The notes beneath the pieces were generated by a model. The model made no database searches. It was not told the origin of the DNA and saw nothing but the letters and a program-made list of their open reading frames with translations. A DNA stretch of 64,000 bases from Clostridiaceae bacterium (GTDB taxonomy: Bacteria > Bacillota > Clostridia > TANB77 > CAG-508): positions 8,482 to 72,481 of the forward strand of contig JAETPW010000005.1 in the NCBI GenBank assembly GCA_021771025.1, read 5' to 3'. Of this stretch, positions 1 through 11,465 are shown one piece after another. Position 1 is the first letter of the stretch; each line of letters begins with the position of its first letter. The position numbers and the translations under genes were made by a program.

Positions 1-576
1 TGCAATGGAGACAAAGCCTGTGAGCAATATATTGAAGCTATTTCTACCTCTACCGAAATTCAGAAGTTAAGGCCAGTTATGATTCATGCCCAATTATTGG
101 GCTTGGATCAATTACGTTTAGTTAAGCAATATGGTATCATTCCGTCTTTCTTTGTTGCCCATACGTATTATTGGGGAGATGTTCATTTAAAAAATTTTGG
201 AGAAGACAGAGCAAGAGCAATTAGCCCAGCAGGAAGCAGTTTAGCAGAAGGCGTTTTATTTACGTTTCACCAAGATTCACCAGTCATCGAACCAAATATG
301 TTAGAAACCATTTGGTGTGCTGTTCAGAGAAAGACAAAAGAAGGCATAGAACTAGCTAAAGAAGAAAGAATATCTGTGTTAGAAGCCATAAAAGCAGTTA
401 CCTGTAATGTGGCATATCAATATGGTGAAGAAAAGCAAAAAGGAACCATAGAAGTGGGAAAATTAGCTGATTTTGTTATTCTAGATCGAAATCCTTTAAC
501 GGTTGATTTAGATCAAATAAAAACCATTCAAGTTTTAGAAACAATAAAAGAAGGTAAAACACTATGGCATAAGTAA
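1..576 (+). CDS. Amidohydrolase-family metal-dependent hydrolase, 3' part; the frame is open from nt 1 so the gene starts upstream of the window
   Basis: ORF 79..576 continues without a stop back to nt 1; C-terminal amidohydrolase-3-like sequence. Confidence 0.5.
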   Translation, partial: CNGDKACEQYIEAISTSTEIQKLRPVMIHAQLLGLDQLRLVKQYGIIPSFFVAHTYYWGDVHLKNFGEDRARAISPAGSSLAEGVLFTFHQDSPVIEPNMLETIWCAVQRKTKEGIELAKEERISVLEAIKAVTCNVAYQYGEEKQKGTIEVGKLADFVILDRNPLTVDLDQIKTIQVLETIKEGKTLWHK

Positions 577-751
577 GATAAATTAATTTGATACAGGAGA
601 TATATTTAGTCCAAGTATTTGGAGAAAACCAATGGATAATGATTTATTATGGACATTTTATCTGGTATTAAATTTTTCCCTTAGTTTGTCAAGAAAATTG
701 ATAAATTGCTAGACAGTATACAAATTTGATAATTAGTAAAAATGCCTAATA

Positions 752-1210
752 GTGAGAAGATTTTTTTATCATATTTTTACGAAAATTACAGATACTAAAT
801 TTAGTATTTCTTATAGGAGGAATTTTATGATGGAAAATTTTAATCAAGAAGATCGCGAAAAGAAAGACAGACAACTACAAAACTTAGAAAATCTAGTAGA
901 AAATCATACTAGAACACAAAGACATTTAGAACAATATTCAGAAATAGGGGATAAAGCAAACAAAGAAAATGCCAGAAAAATACAAAAAATAAGAGAAGAA
1001 CAAATTCAAGAACTAGAAAGTCAGTTAAAAGATGAAGAAAAATATATTTCACCAGAAGAACATTTAGAAAATGTAAAAGAAAATTACTATGCCACAAAAG
1101 AATATATTAATCATTATGGAGAAAATATCAATGAACAAATGTTACAAAATTTAGTAGAAAAACAACAGCACAGAGAAGAACAAATTAATTTTTTAGAAAA
1201 TGAGGAATAA
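752..1210 (+). CDS. Hypothetical Glu/Lys-rich coiled-coil protein
   Basis: ORF with heptad-like charged composition; followed by a bidirectional hairpin terminator at ~1215-1245. Confidence 0.35.
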   Translation: MRRFFYHIFTKITDTKFSISYRRNFMMENFNQEDREKKDRQLQNLENLVENHTRTQRHLEQYSEIGDKANKENARKIQKIREEQIQELESQLKDEEKYISPEEHLENVKENYYATKEYINHYGENINEQMLQNLVEKQQHREEQINFLENEE

Positions 1211-1259
1211 AAAAGAAGATCTACGTTTTTAGCGTAGATCTTTTCTCTTAATCAATAAC

Positions 1260-1676
1260 TTATTTCTTGATAATGGATTCTATATATTCTTCTAAACAAA
1301 CGCCCATATCTTTCATACGTTTTGCATTTTCAATTCCTACATAACGATAATGCCATGGTTCATATTCTATTTTTGTGATTTGTTTTTTTTCCGTAGGATA
1401 TCTCATGACAAAACCATAACGATGGCAATTTTCCATTAACCATTTTTGTTCAGCTGTTTTCTTTTGGTTTTTGTCTAACAATTGATAGCTTTTAGAAACA
1501 ATATCTACCGATAATCCAATTTCATGCTCACTCGTTTTTGGGATAGCTACCCAAACAGAACATTCTTTTTTCAAAGTAAATCTTGTTTTGATTTGGGGTA
1601 AAGAACACAATAAACTGGAGATGATGCAACTTATTTTCATCAAAATATTCAGTTTGTTGATAAAAGATATCCCCAT
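1260..1676 (-). CDS. VanY-type D-Ala-D-Ala carboxypeptidase catalytic domain, probably N-terminally truncated
   Basis: SEHEIGLSVD (SxHxxGxAxD) and EPWHYRYVG motifs; upstream part lies in another frame (1528..1722) next to the IS256 remnant. Confidence 0.5.
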   Translation of the reverse strand: MGISFINKLNILMKISCIISSLLCSLPQIKTRFTLKKECSVWVAIPKTSEHEIGLSVDIVSKSYQLLDKNQKKTAEQKWLMENCHRYGFVMRYPTEKKQITKIEYEPWHYRYVGIENAKRMKDMGVCLEEYIESIIKK

Positions 1677-1730
1677 ATTTTGTTTGAGGGATGATGTATT
1701 GCTCCGAGTTTTTAATTAACACATCACTAG

Positions 1731-2401
1731 TTATGGTACTAAGATCATCAATAGTTTCTTACACGTTTTGGTCAAAAATAGTAGTGATAGCAGTAGTTTG
1801 AAATAATTTTTTTTCTCCTTCTGTCGGTTCTCGACGAAGCGTAGCATTTTCAATATAATCAAGGGGATTATCTTTTTCTTGCTTATCAAAGTATTTGTTT
1901 GGCTAATTACTTTTCCTTCATCATTTGGCATGAAAGTTTCTATATGCTGAAAAAATAAAACAATCACAAAAAGAAGAACCATAGCCATAAGTAATTGAAT
2001 TAAATAGTTAACTTGTATATCTTTATCTGATAATTCTAAAGAGTACATTGCTATTACCTTTTCATCAAATCCATTTACTGTCCTTGAATATTTTGGAACT
2101 AAATCTGATTCTATTTTTCCATTCCTATCTCTAGGCACATTTACTGGTACTTCTCCCATCTCTGTAGATACTGTTCTTTCTGGATAATATCCATTTCGAT
2201 AATTTTCATTATCGGTTTGTTCATTTTTGAATATCCTAGCTTGGTTTCCATTTCTGCATCTAGTAATTGTTGAAATGCTGGTGCAAAGAAATCTTTCCAT
2301 GCTGCGTACATATCACTCATAGATTTGATGTTTTTTGGGTCATTTCTTCTAAAAAATTCCTCTACTATTTCATTTTTTTCTTTTTCTACTTTTTTACCCA
2401 T
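1731..2401 (-). pseudogene. IS256-family transposase remnant (N-terminal ~190 aa, frameshifted, C-terminus missing)
   Basis: FFAPAFQQLLDAEMETKLGYSK followed in another frame by NYRNGYYPERTVSTEMGEVPVNVPRDRNGKIESDLVPK. The shift lies in an A5/A6 homopolymer. Confidence 0.6.
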
Positions 2402-2484
2402 AGAAAAAAATCCCTCCTTGATATTTTTTATTTTATCACGAAAGGATTTATTTACGCAACTTTTTCTATAGGCTCAAAGAATTT

Positions 2485-2943
2485 CTAAAAAGGTCTAAAA
2501 GGAAATCTTCTACGCCTTCCTAATAATTCTCTTAACAATAGAACTCTAATAAAATCTCTTAAAAATCTATTACGGCGACGAGGTCTTCTTTGTCTAGAAT
2601 CTTCTGAAATCTGTCTAGAATCATTTTCTTCTCTGTTTTCTACTTCTATATTAATATCAATCATGATTCTACTATCTGCTTCCGCTCTATCATAAATGTC
2701 ATCTGTCATTCTATTTATCATTGATTCCGTAACAGGCATATCGACATTTACCATATTGCAAGCTGAGGCCACCATAGGATATATAATTCTATAGGTATCA
2801 GGATACATTCCTTCTAAATCATCATTTGCTTGATACATGTTTTGATATGGTGTTTGATTATTCATACACATATCTGGACAATTTCTATTAGGATAACCCA
2901 ATAAATTTCTCATATAATCATTATAATTTTGGTAATACATTAT
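2485..2943 (-). CDS. Hypothetical Tyr/Asn/Met-rich protein with Arg-rich C-terminal tail
   Basis: ORF with SD GGGGGGTGA before ATG (MYYQNYNDY...); no family recognised. Confidence 0.3.
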   Translation of the reverse strand: MMYYQNYNDYMRNLLGYPNRNCPDMCMNNQTPYQNMYQANDDLEGMYPDTYRIIYPMVASACNMVNVDMPVTESMINRMTDDIYDRAEADSRIMIDINIEVENREENDSRQISEDSRQRRPRRRNRFLRDFIRVLLLRELLGRRRRFPFRPF

Positions 2944-3210
2944 TTCACCCCCCATAATATCATAATATGCAATATAGTAAATAGTTGCTTCATTCAAAAA
3001 AATAAAATATAAGAAAGAGTAACAAATAGAGAAATATTGTAATACAATTCTATAATGATGAATTAGACCAACTATTAAATGTCAATAGTTAGTTTAAAAA
3101 ATTTTTAAAAATTTTAAATTAATATTTTAGGCACAATGAAAAAACTTTAATATAAACATTAAAGTTATGTAAAGTTATTGTAGCACATTGAAAATTAGAA
3201 ATTATGTATA

Positions 3211-4389
3211 TTATGAAGATTTAGAAGCTCGATAATCTCTATTTTCTTTTAAGACATGAAAAATAATACCAAGTAATTTTTGCTCTACTCCAGCTAAAGC
3301 AACATAATGATGCTTACCTTCTGCGCATTTTTTAACATAGTAATCGTGCATTACAGGATCGTTATTTGATGCAATAAAAGCTGCCTGATAAATAGCATGT
3401 CTTAAATAAGGAGAACCTCTTTTAGAAGTTTTCTCATCAGTAGATTTTTTATTGCCAGATTGATTTCCAGATGGGTCAATACCAGCAAAGGCTGTTAATT
3501 TACTTGGAGAGCTAAAATTATTAATATCTCCAATTTCAGCTAAAATAACAGGTGCAGTTGCTTTACCAACACCAGGTATACTTTCTAAATGACTATCAAG
3601 TTTAGAATATATTTCTTTGATTTTAAGTTCTAATTCATCTACTTGATTTTCAAGAAAAATAATTTGGTTTATGAGTTGCTTAATTTCAAAAGAACAAGCA
3701 TCTTCAGTAAATTTAATACCAAAAGAATTTTTAGCTAAATCTTTTACTTTACGTACAGTGTTGGTTCCATGCCTACTTTTAGAAGCTTTTTTAAGGAGAT
3801 TAGCAAGTTTTTTAGTATTAAAATTTACAACTTCGTTTGGAGTTGGGCAATTAAGCAAAATTTGTTTTGAAGCTTCACCAAATGTATCAGAAAATACATC
3901 TGAATATTCAGGGAAAACTTTGTTAAGGATGCCTTGAATTTGAGTTTTTGCTCTAGAGATATTATCAACTAAATTACTCCTATATCTAGTTAAATTCTTT
4001 AAAGCAAGTAAATCGTCATTAGGTAGATATGTTTGGTTGACACCATTAAAACTTAAAAAGTTAGCAATAATAATAGAATCAATAACATTGTTTTTTTGTT
4101 TACGATTAGAATAAGCACCTCTAAAAGATTTTATTTGATAAGGATTAAATACAGAAACATTAAACCCTTTAACAGTAAGAGAAGAAAATAGAGAAAGCCA
4201 ATAAGAGCCTGTAGCTTCCATAGCACAATAAATTTGAGATTGGTCATAATTTTTAATAGAGTCAATTAACTTTTGTAGTCCTTCATTAGAATTAGTAAAT
4301 TTAATAGCTTTTACTAAGATAGATCCATCTTCAGCAATTAGAGAAGCTACATGATTAACTTTAGCAATATCAATACCTAAATAAAACAT
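3211..4389 (-). mobile_element. IS110-family transposase, intact ORF
   Basis: N-terminal MFYLGIDIAKVNH (DEDD/RuvC-like) and C-terminal IS110-type domain, 392 aa. Confidence 0.8.
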
Positions 4390-4718
4390 AATATATACAT
4401 CTTTCTAATTTATGTTAGAGGAAATCCCTCAATCTCTTTACACGATATAACCTGGCTACAAATAAAAGTCATTATTGAAAAATAATACTTATCCAACTTA
4501 TTAATATCTGAATGTAAAGTAGAGGCTTTAGTCTAAACAAAGAGCCTAACGCTCAAGGAGGTAACTAAAACCACTCTAACAATTACAAAAATTTTACCAT
4601 AAATTGGTCTAATATTAAAGTTTATGAGTTATGAAATAACTCATAGAAAAAAATAAAAAATAATAATGTTAAGTGTTTTTCTTAACTTAACATTATTATA
4701 CTAGGAGGTAAAACAAAA

Positions 4719-5621
4719 ATGAAACAAAATTACATTCAAACTTCACTAGAATTACATATATTTTTTGCTAGGATTATGAAGGAACATTCTTTATTTTTAC
4801 AAGCTGGTTTTATGCCTATTGGTAATGATTATATTTGTGAAGCACAATGGTACAAAGGAGAATTTGAGAAGTTATTATCAGATGTTGTAAATTTAAGCAA
4901 TTGCAGGATTTGTCAAAATATTCTAGATTCAGGGGAAATAGTAACACGATATACTTTTGGAGCAGAAAAAAAGACATCGGAATTAACGGGAATTGTTATT
5001 GACACAAATATCACATTACAAGAGTTAAATTTACAACCTAATGGTTATTCTTATTCAGATACAAGATTAACTGATTATGTATGTTATCTAAATAATAGAG
5101 CAATACAATTATTAGATGGATTAATTGGATTAAAAGAAAGAATTTTACGAGATGTATTATCTTGTAAATTATTTACAGCTAATTATCCACTTTTACTAGA
5201 ACATATTATTAGAGAAGCAAAATTATATAGGCAATATGTAATAATGCTTCAAAGTGGTCAAGATATTACATGTGAGGATAGGAAGCAAGTAGAATTATTT
5301 TGGAATCAAATTATGATGGAACATGCTTTATTTATAAGAGGACTTTTAGATCCAACTGAAGAACAATTAATTACAACAGCTGATAATTTTGCGAAAGAGT
5401 ATCAAAAATTATTAGACGAAGCTAGAAATATGACAGATGAAACGATAAAAACTATTACAGATAAAACAATAACAGAAACGGTTAAGTATAGAGATTTCAA
5501 AAAAGCTGGAGCAGAAGGCATTTTGGGCTGTGATATAAGATCTATTATTTTACCACTTTTGGCAGACCATGTATTAAGAGAAGCAAATCATTATTTGAGA
5601 ATATTAAAAGAAGATTCTTAA
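4719..5621 (+). CDS. Hypothetical protein, DUF2935-like (repeated MxEHxLF motifs)
   Basis: IMKEHSLF ... MMEHALFIRGLLDP repeat pattern. Confidence 0.35.
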   Translation: MKQNYIQTSLELHIFFARIMKEHSLFLQAGFMPIGNDYICEAQWYKGEFEKLLSDVVNLSNCRICQNILDSGEIVTRYTFGAEKKTSELTGIVIDTNITLQELNLQPNGYSYSDTRLTDYVCYLNNRAIQLLDGLIGLKERILRDVLSCKLFTANYPLLLEHIIREAKLYRQYVIMLQSGQDITCEDRKQVELFWNQIMMEHALFIRGLLDPTEEQLITTADNFAKEYQKLLDEARNMTDETIKTITDKTITETVKYRDFKKAGAEGILGCDIRSIILPLLADHVLREANHYLRILKEDS

Positions 5622-6009
5622 GTAGTATATAACTTACAATTTTTCGGCAAAATATATTGTAAAAGCAAAAATGTTTTAGTATAATCCAAGAAGAAATAAG
5701 GAAGTAGTTAGCATTACATATGCAATAAAGTCAGTTTGTAATATTAACTAGTAATATATTGAGTTCCAAGCCTAAAAGCAGCAGAAGCAGAATTTGAAAA
5801 ATTCAAGCAAGCATGGTCAGAATATCAACAAGACAAGAAAAAGCCATTATAGACTATTGGGGTGCCAATATTGATGATGAACACACAGAACAAGATGTAT
5901 GAGAGCAAACAAGAAAGGTCATAAATAATGCTTATTGACAAAGTCAGAGATGAAAAAAACTCTTAATAAAAAGTGTGTATTGCTGTAAAAACAAGCGAGC
6001 ACAACAAAA

Positions 6010-6046
6010 ACCTTAGAAGTATTGCTACGGCTAAGGTTTTTATCTA
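6010..6046. terminator. Bidirectional hairpin terminator downstream of rpsI
   Basis: AAAAACCTTAGaagtattgctacggCTAAGGTTTTT. Confidence 0.6.
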
Positions 6047-6063
6047 TTGACTTGCTAACAAGC

Positions 6064-6465
6064 CTATCTTTTACTAAATTGAGGAGCTTTTCTAGCTTTC
6101 TTAAGACCATATTTCTTTCTTTCTTTCATACGAGGATCTCTTGTTAAGAATCCATTTGTTTTAAGTGCAGGTCTAAATTCTTGGTTTGCTTCATTTAAAG
6201 CTCTTGCGATTCCATGACGGATAGCTCCAGCTTGACCAGTAAATCCTCCACCTTTTACGGTACAAATAACATCGTATTTAGTAGCGGTATTGGTTACGGT
6301 AAGTGGTTGTCTTACGATAACTTTTAATGTTTCCATTCCAAAAAATTCTTCAATATCTTTACCATTAATGGTGATTTTTCCAGAACCTTCTACTAATCTT
6401 ACTCTAGCAACAGAAGATTTTCTTCTTCCTGTTCCATAGTATGTAATTTTTTCTTGTTTAGCCAT
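6064..6465 (-). CDS. rpsI: 30S ribosomal protein S9
   Basis: Strong similarity, C-terminal ...KKAPQFSKR. Confidence 0.95.
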   Translation of the reverse strand: MAKQEKITYYGTGRRKSSVARVRLVEGSGKITINGKDIEEFFGMETLKVIVRQPLTVTNTATKYDVICTVKGGGFTGQAGAIRHGIARALNEANQEFRPALKTNGFLTRDPRMKERKKYGLKKARKAPQFSKR

Positions 6466-6466
6466 T

Positions 6467-6904
6467 TTATTTTACCTCCCATATTTCTGGTTTTTGTGCT
6501 TGGTTTTCATGTTCACTACCAGCATATACTCTTAACTTTTTCAATTGTTGTCTTCCTAAAGAGTTGTGTGGTAACATTCCTTTTACGGCTAACATCATAG
6601 CTTTTCCAGGATTTTTATCAAGCATTACACTTGCTGGAACTTCTTTCATTCCACCAATGTATCCTGAATGATGTCTATACATTTTTTGGTTTAATTTGTT
6701 TCCTGTTAAAACAGTATCTTTACAATTGATAATGATAACGTGATCACCTGTATCAATGTTAGGAGTAAATGTTGGTTTGTGTTTTCCTCTTAATAATTTT
6801 GCTGCTTCTGTAGCAACTCTACCTAATGGTTTATCAGCAGCGTCGATGATATACCATTTGCTTTCTACTTCGCCTTTTTTTGCGCTATATGTTGTATTAT
6901 TCAT
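6467..6904 (-). CDS. rplM: 50S ribosomal protein L13
   Basis: Conserved L13 sequence, immediately upstream of rpsI in the same operon. Confidence 0.95.
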   Translation of the reverse strand: MNNTTYSAKKGEVESKWYIIDAADKPLGRVATEAAKLLRGKHKPTFTPNIDTGDHVIIINCKDTVLTGNKLNQKMYRHHSGYIGGMKEVPASVMLDKNPGKAMMLAVKGMLPHNSLGRQQLKKLRVYAGSEHENQAQKPEIWEVK

Positions 6905-7289
6905 GACGATAATACCCTCCTATTTTTTAATTATTTATCTATGATTAAAAAAGCTTAGCTACCGGGGAGAAGCTATTCTTTTTCTCATATTCTAGTATAA
7001 TGCTCATCTATTCTATTACAGAATCAACGAAATGTCAATATTTTTTGGGAAAATTTTATGGAAATTTAGAAAAAGTCTTGCGAATTTAACCCTAAGTCAT
7101 TATAATAAAGAAAGATTATTTAAGATAACAAAGAAACATTACTTAAGACAACAAAAAAGAGATTATTCAAGGATAAGCAAAATAAAACGAAATCATTAAA
7201 TAAGAAGATTTACTAATACAGAAATAAAACGAAAAGTTGTACATAAAATGAAAAGAGAAATATAGTGCCAGGGGGTAAGGAGTGATCAA

Positions 7290-9141
7290 ATGCCGAGAGG
7301 AAAACACATGGCAAATAGTCGAGAAAAAAAACGAAAGAAAAGTCAAACAAGAGAAGTGAGAGAAATACGAAAGATACCAAGAACGCAAAATAGGCGAGAA
7401 ACACGAGAAACATCCCAAACACATGAAACTAATCCTTATACTATCTCTCCTTACTTATCACAAGAAGAGAGCGAAATAAGGGATAAACAATCAAAAAATA
7501 AAGTACAGCCAACGAGAAAGAGAAAAAAAGAAAAATCAAATAAACAAGGTTTTTTACAAGGGGTACTAACCTTGATGTTTTCCCAAGTACTAATTAAATT
7601 ATTGGGAATGATTTATACTTTATATTTAACCAACCGAGAAGGATTTGGAGACAAAGGAAATGGAATTGTTTCCAGTAGTTACCAAATTTATGCGATGTTA
7701 CTTACTATATCTTCTATTGGGGTACCAAATGCGATTTCTAAATTGGTATCAGAACGTGTAGCAGTAGGAGATCATAAAGGAGCATATCGAATCTTTAAAA
7801 TTGCGTTTGCCACATTTGCTGTTATCGGTTTAGTAGGAAGTCTGATGTTATTTTTCGGTGCAGGCGTTATTGCTAAACAATGGCTTCAAATTCCCGATGC
7901 GGAAATGACATTAGTTGCTTTATCACCAGCCATCTTCTTTGTTGCTATTTCTTCCGTTATGAGAGGATATTGCAATGGAAGGCAAAACATCAAAGCAACA
8001 GCACGTTCACAAACGTTAGAGCAAGTTTTTAAAACAGCACTAACCATCATTGTAGTAGAAATCGTAGCCATTATTTCTAATGTATCTACTGAATGGATGG
8101 CAGCAGGAGCTACCTTAGCGACTACCTTAGCAACATTTGCTGGGTTTGGCTATTTGTATTTTTATTATCAAACCATTCGTAGAGAAATTGCAGCAGAAAT
8201 TAAAACAACTGTTAATTATAAATATGAACGAGTAAAAACCATCATCAAAAAAGTCTTAATGGTATCTATCCCAATCGCATTAACGGCGATCATGTCTTCC
8301 TTAAATAAAAACATCGATTCCTTTACGGTAGTTCGTAGCCTAAAAGAATTTTTAACAGAAGACCAAGCATTAGCCCAGTACGGGATACTAGGGGGAAAGG
8401 TAGATATGCTAACAAGCCTACCACTTTCCATTAACGTAGCTTTTGCTACAGCATTAGTTCCAGCTATATCAGCAGCTAAAGCAAAAAGAGATAAGAAAAC
8501 CATTCGCAAAAAAACGTCATTTTCTTTAATGGTTTCCATGTTAATTGGTCTACCTTGTACAGTAGGAATGTGTATATTTGCAGGGCCAATCTTAGCTTTA
8601 CTCTTCCCTAATGCTAGTGCAGGAGAAGCCGTTTTGCAAATTAGTTCATTAACCATTATCTTTACTATACTAGACCAAACCATCAACGGAGCACTCCAAG
8701 GTTATGGAAAATTAATGATACCCGCAGTTTCCCTAGGGTGCCGGAGTAATCGTTAAACTCATCTTAAACTTAATTTTAGTTTCTAATCCAGCGTTTGGTG
8801 TAAATGGAGCAGCGTGGGCGTCAGTTGCTTGTCACTTAGTAGCCTTTACCATTGCAAGTTCTGCCCTTAGAAGACTAATTAAATTAGACTTAGGCTTTAC
8901 TAAGTTTGTCATCAAACCAGTAATTGCCACAGCCATCATGGGAATTTGTTCATATTTTATTTATTTACTACTTTCTGGTATAATTGCACAAAAATTGGCT
9001 ACAATAATAGCAATTCTAGTAGCTATCGTCATTTATGGATTAGCCGTATTGGTATTAAAAATCTTTTCCAAAGAAGATTTATTAGAAATTCCAATGGGAA
9101 ACAAAATATACTCTGTTTTGCGAAAACTTAAAATTTATTAA
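7290..9141 (+). CDS. SpoVB/MurJ-like polysaccharide flippase (MOP superfamily) with an ~85-aa Lys/Arg-rich N-terminal extension. The reading frame moves +1 at a CGG-A site near 8745
   Basis: KQGFLQGVLTLMFSQVLIKLLGMIYTLYL matches the SpoVB/MurJ N-terminus. ORF 7290..8756 ends ...SLGCRSNR*. Skipping one C gives LGCGVIVKLILNLILVSNPAFGVNGAAWASV... continuous to 9141. Confidence 0.6.
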
Positions 9142-9274
9142 ACTTTTCAAAATTTTTTCGCAAAAAAGAAGGATTTTGCCGAAATTTGGCGAATAGTTCT
9201 AAATAGTAGTACAGTTATTGCTTAGTTCAGGCGATAAACGTACATAATTTTATATCTTATAGGAGGTAATTTAA

Positions 9275-9553
9275 ATGAACAAAGCTGAATTAATCGCAGC
9301 AATAGCTGCAAAAACAGGAGACACCAAAAAAGTAGCAGAAACATCTGTTAACGCATTCGTAGAAGTAGTAACAGAAGCTTTACAAAAAGGAGACAAAGTT
9401 CAATTAGTTGGATTTGGATCTTTTGAAGTAAGAAAAAGAGCTGCAAGAAAAGGTAGAAACCCACAAACAAAAGAAGAAATCAAAATACCTGCATCAAAAG
9501 CTCCAGTTTTCAAAGCTGGTAAAGCATTAAAAGATTTAGTAAACAAAAAATAA
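9275..9553 (+). CDS. hup: DNA-binding protein HU
   Basis: [11 protein letters not shown]...[20 protein letters not shown]. Confidence 0.9.
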   Translation: MNKAELIAAIAAKTGDTKKVAETSVNAFVEVVTEALQKGDKVQLVGFGSFEVRKRAARKGRNPQTKEEIKIPASKAPVFKAGKALKDLVNKK

Positions 9554-9700
9554 GAAATAAAATAAATTTGTTCATGTAAATATATGATAAATGAGAGAGC
9601 ATTCCAAATTAAAAAGGAATGCTTTTTTCTATAGGGATGTCAATGAAAAAAGATGGTCTCTATATATTTATACAGTGTACCATCTTTAGTATCTTAAAAA

Positions 9701-10312
9701 TTATTTTATCGTATAAGTCATATTTATTTTAATTCCTTCTCTGAACAATACTTTATCAGTATTAGCATTTTTTCCAGAAATATTTGTTAATTCTAGACGG
9801 TTTTGTGATAAGATATCGAAAGTAAAATCAACTTCAACTGTTTTTGTTTCTGCTAATTCATCAGTTCTTTGGGTAGCTTTAGCAATGATTTGGTTGTTTT
9901 TAATAGAATATGTTCCTTTTAAATAAGCACCAAATCCCATGTAAATACTAAATTGATTATTATCTTGTAAAGTAATTCCACATTCTTCATTTGATATACC
10001 GGTTTCATTTTCAGTAGTAGGATGTTCAATGGTATAATTTCCTAATTTTGGACTAATAGTAGTAGAGTTTGTTATAGTATTATTGTTAGAAGTGTTAGAA
10101 GTGTTAGATGTATTAGCTGTATTTGATTGTAATTGGTCAACTTGATGTTGTAGTTGAGCTAAATTAGTTTCTAAACTATTAATTTTATTAAGATCTGCTT
10201 GTTTTTCATTATGCGAATAAGCAATAAGTAAACCAACAGATATTAATAAGATAATAATTAGAATAATGCTAATTACTGTACTAAGTCTAAGTTTAATCGG
10301 TTCTTTTTCCAT
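9701..10312 (-). CDS. Hypothetical membrane-anchored protein with (NTS)n repeat
   Basis: N-terminal TM helix, NTSNTSNTSNN low-complexity region. Confidence 0.4.
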   Translation of the reverse strand: MEKEPIKLRLSTVISIILIIILLISVGLLIAYSHNEKQADLNKINSLETNLAQLQHQVDQLQSNTANTSNTSNTSNNNTITNSTTISPKLGNYTIEHPTTENETGISNEECGITLQDNNQFSIYMGFGAYLKGTYSIKNNQIIAKATQRTDELAETKTVEVDFTFDILSQNRLELTNISGKNANTDKVLFREGIKINMTYTIK

Positions 10313-10711
10313 ATTTTTCTCCTTTCTTTAGATTAATAATAGTTTAAATATTACTGTTTAATTATATAAAAAGGAAACAAAAAAAGCAATAGAAAAATTT
10401 CAATTTTTTAAGTTTCGATTTTTTTGAGAAAAACGAAAATAGTTATGTACAGAATTGTGAAATTTCTGTAAAAATAAAGAAAATACCTCTTTTGTTTGGT
10501 ATAATTTAGTTAGCCAAAAAAGTAACTAGTAACGGTAAGTTTAGTAAATTATAAAAAAATATTGAATACAAAATTGGAATGTGATACAATACAAATGTTC
10601 ATATCAAATAATAAATATATAAGTATTAGTTAATAATTTTCTTTAAATTTATGTTATTGAATATAGATAAATTTGGGAAGATGTTGTATAATAAAAGGAG
10701 AGGTTAATTTT

Positions 10712-11152
10712 ATGTTGAAAATATATTTAGATAATTGTTGTTATAATAGACCATTTGATGATTTAACACAAGAGAAAATTAATTTAGAAGCGAATGCAAT
10801 AGAAACTATATTTAGAAAACATATAAATAAGGAACTAGAAATATATAAAAGTATGGCAATAGATTTTGAGATATCTAAAATTAATTATGAAAATAAAAGA
10901 AGACAGGTAGAGGATTTATATGATGCAATGGAGTTAACAGAAATTATCTATTCTCAAGAGATAAAACAAAGAGCAGTAGATTTGAAACAATATAATATAA
11001 AAGATATGGATGCATTACATTTAGCTTTTGCCGAAAGTAAGCTGATAGATTATTTTATTACAACGGATAGATTATTAATAAATGCTTCAAAAAGGGCGAA
11101 TTTGAAAATTAAAGTGATAAATCCGGTAGAATTTGTTATGGAGGTGATTTGA
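10712..11152 (+). CDS. PIN-domain protein (VapC-like nuclease fold)
   Basis: IYLDNCCYNRPFDD ... DMDALHLAFAESKLIDYFITTDRLL; SD AAAAGGAGAGG. Confidence 0.5.
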   Translation: MLKIYLDNCCYNRPFDDLTQEKINLEANAIETIFRKHINKELEIYKSMAIDFEISKINYENKRRQVEDLYDAMELTEIIYSQEIKQRAVDLKQYNIKDMDALHLAFAESKLIDYFITTDRLLINASKRANLKIKVINPVEFVMEVI

Positions 11153-11350
11153 ATGGCGGTAACAGTAAGAGAACTAGAAAAAATAAGAAGAGATGGTCTT
11201 AAAGCATTAAAAGAAAAATTAGGTGTTGAAGGGATGGTAAAATTTATTCAAATGTATAGTGATGGAAAAGGTAACTATACTGAAGAAAGAGAAGAACTTT
11301 TAAAAGAAGTAACAATAGAAGATTTTGATAAATTTTTAGAAGAAAGTTAA
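11153..11350 (+). CDS. Small (65 aa) protein translationally coupled to the PIN gene (TGAatg overlap); possible antitoxin-like partner
   Basis: Stop/start juxtaposition; charged helical 65-aa product. Confidence 0.35.
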   Translation: MAVTVRELEKIRRDGLKALKEKLGVEGMVKFIQMYSDGKGNYTEEREELLKEVTIEDFDKFLEES

Positions 11351-11434
11351 GTTAAAAAAGCAATTCATATTCTTTATTTTGGGATATGAATTGTTTTTCT
11401 ATTCTATAATCACAGAAAAATGTTCCCAAAAATC

Positions 11435-11463
11435 TTGACAAATTCACGAATAACCAGTAAAAT
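11435..11463 (+). promoter_or_regulatory. Sigma-A-like promoter for the aspS leader (TTGACA-17-TAAAAT)
   Basis: Consensus -35, 17-nt spacer, near-consensus -10. Confidence 0.5.
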
Positions 11464-11465
11464 AT

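Noticed and set aside
909-1097. Many antisense or overlapping ORFs in the track (e.g. 909..1097-, 3671..3937+, 7167..7424-, 8216..8686-, 12144..12368-, 16237..16632-, 17115..17570-, 19658..19945-, 22517..22729-, 25016..25276-, 34319..34807-, 36773..37438+, 43250..43660-, 56650..57250-, 62012..62242+)
   Set aside because: Each lies inside and opposite to a well-supported gene, has low-complexity or Phe/Leu-rich translation typical of AT-rich antisense frames, and lacks an SD; treated as spurious.
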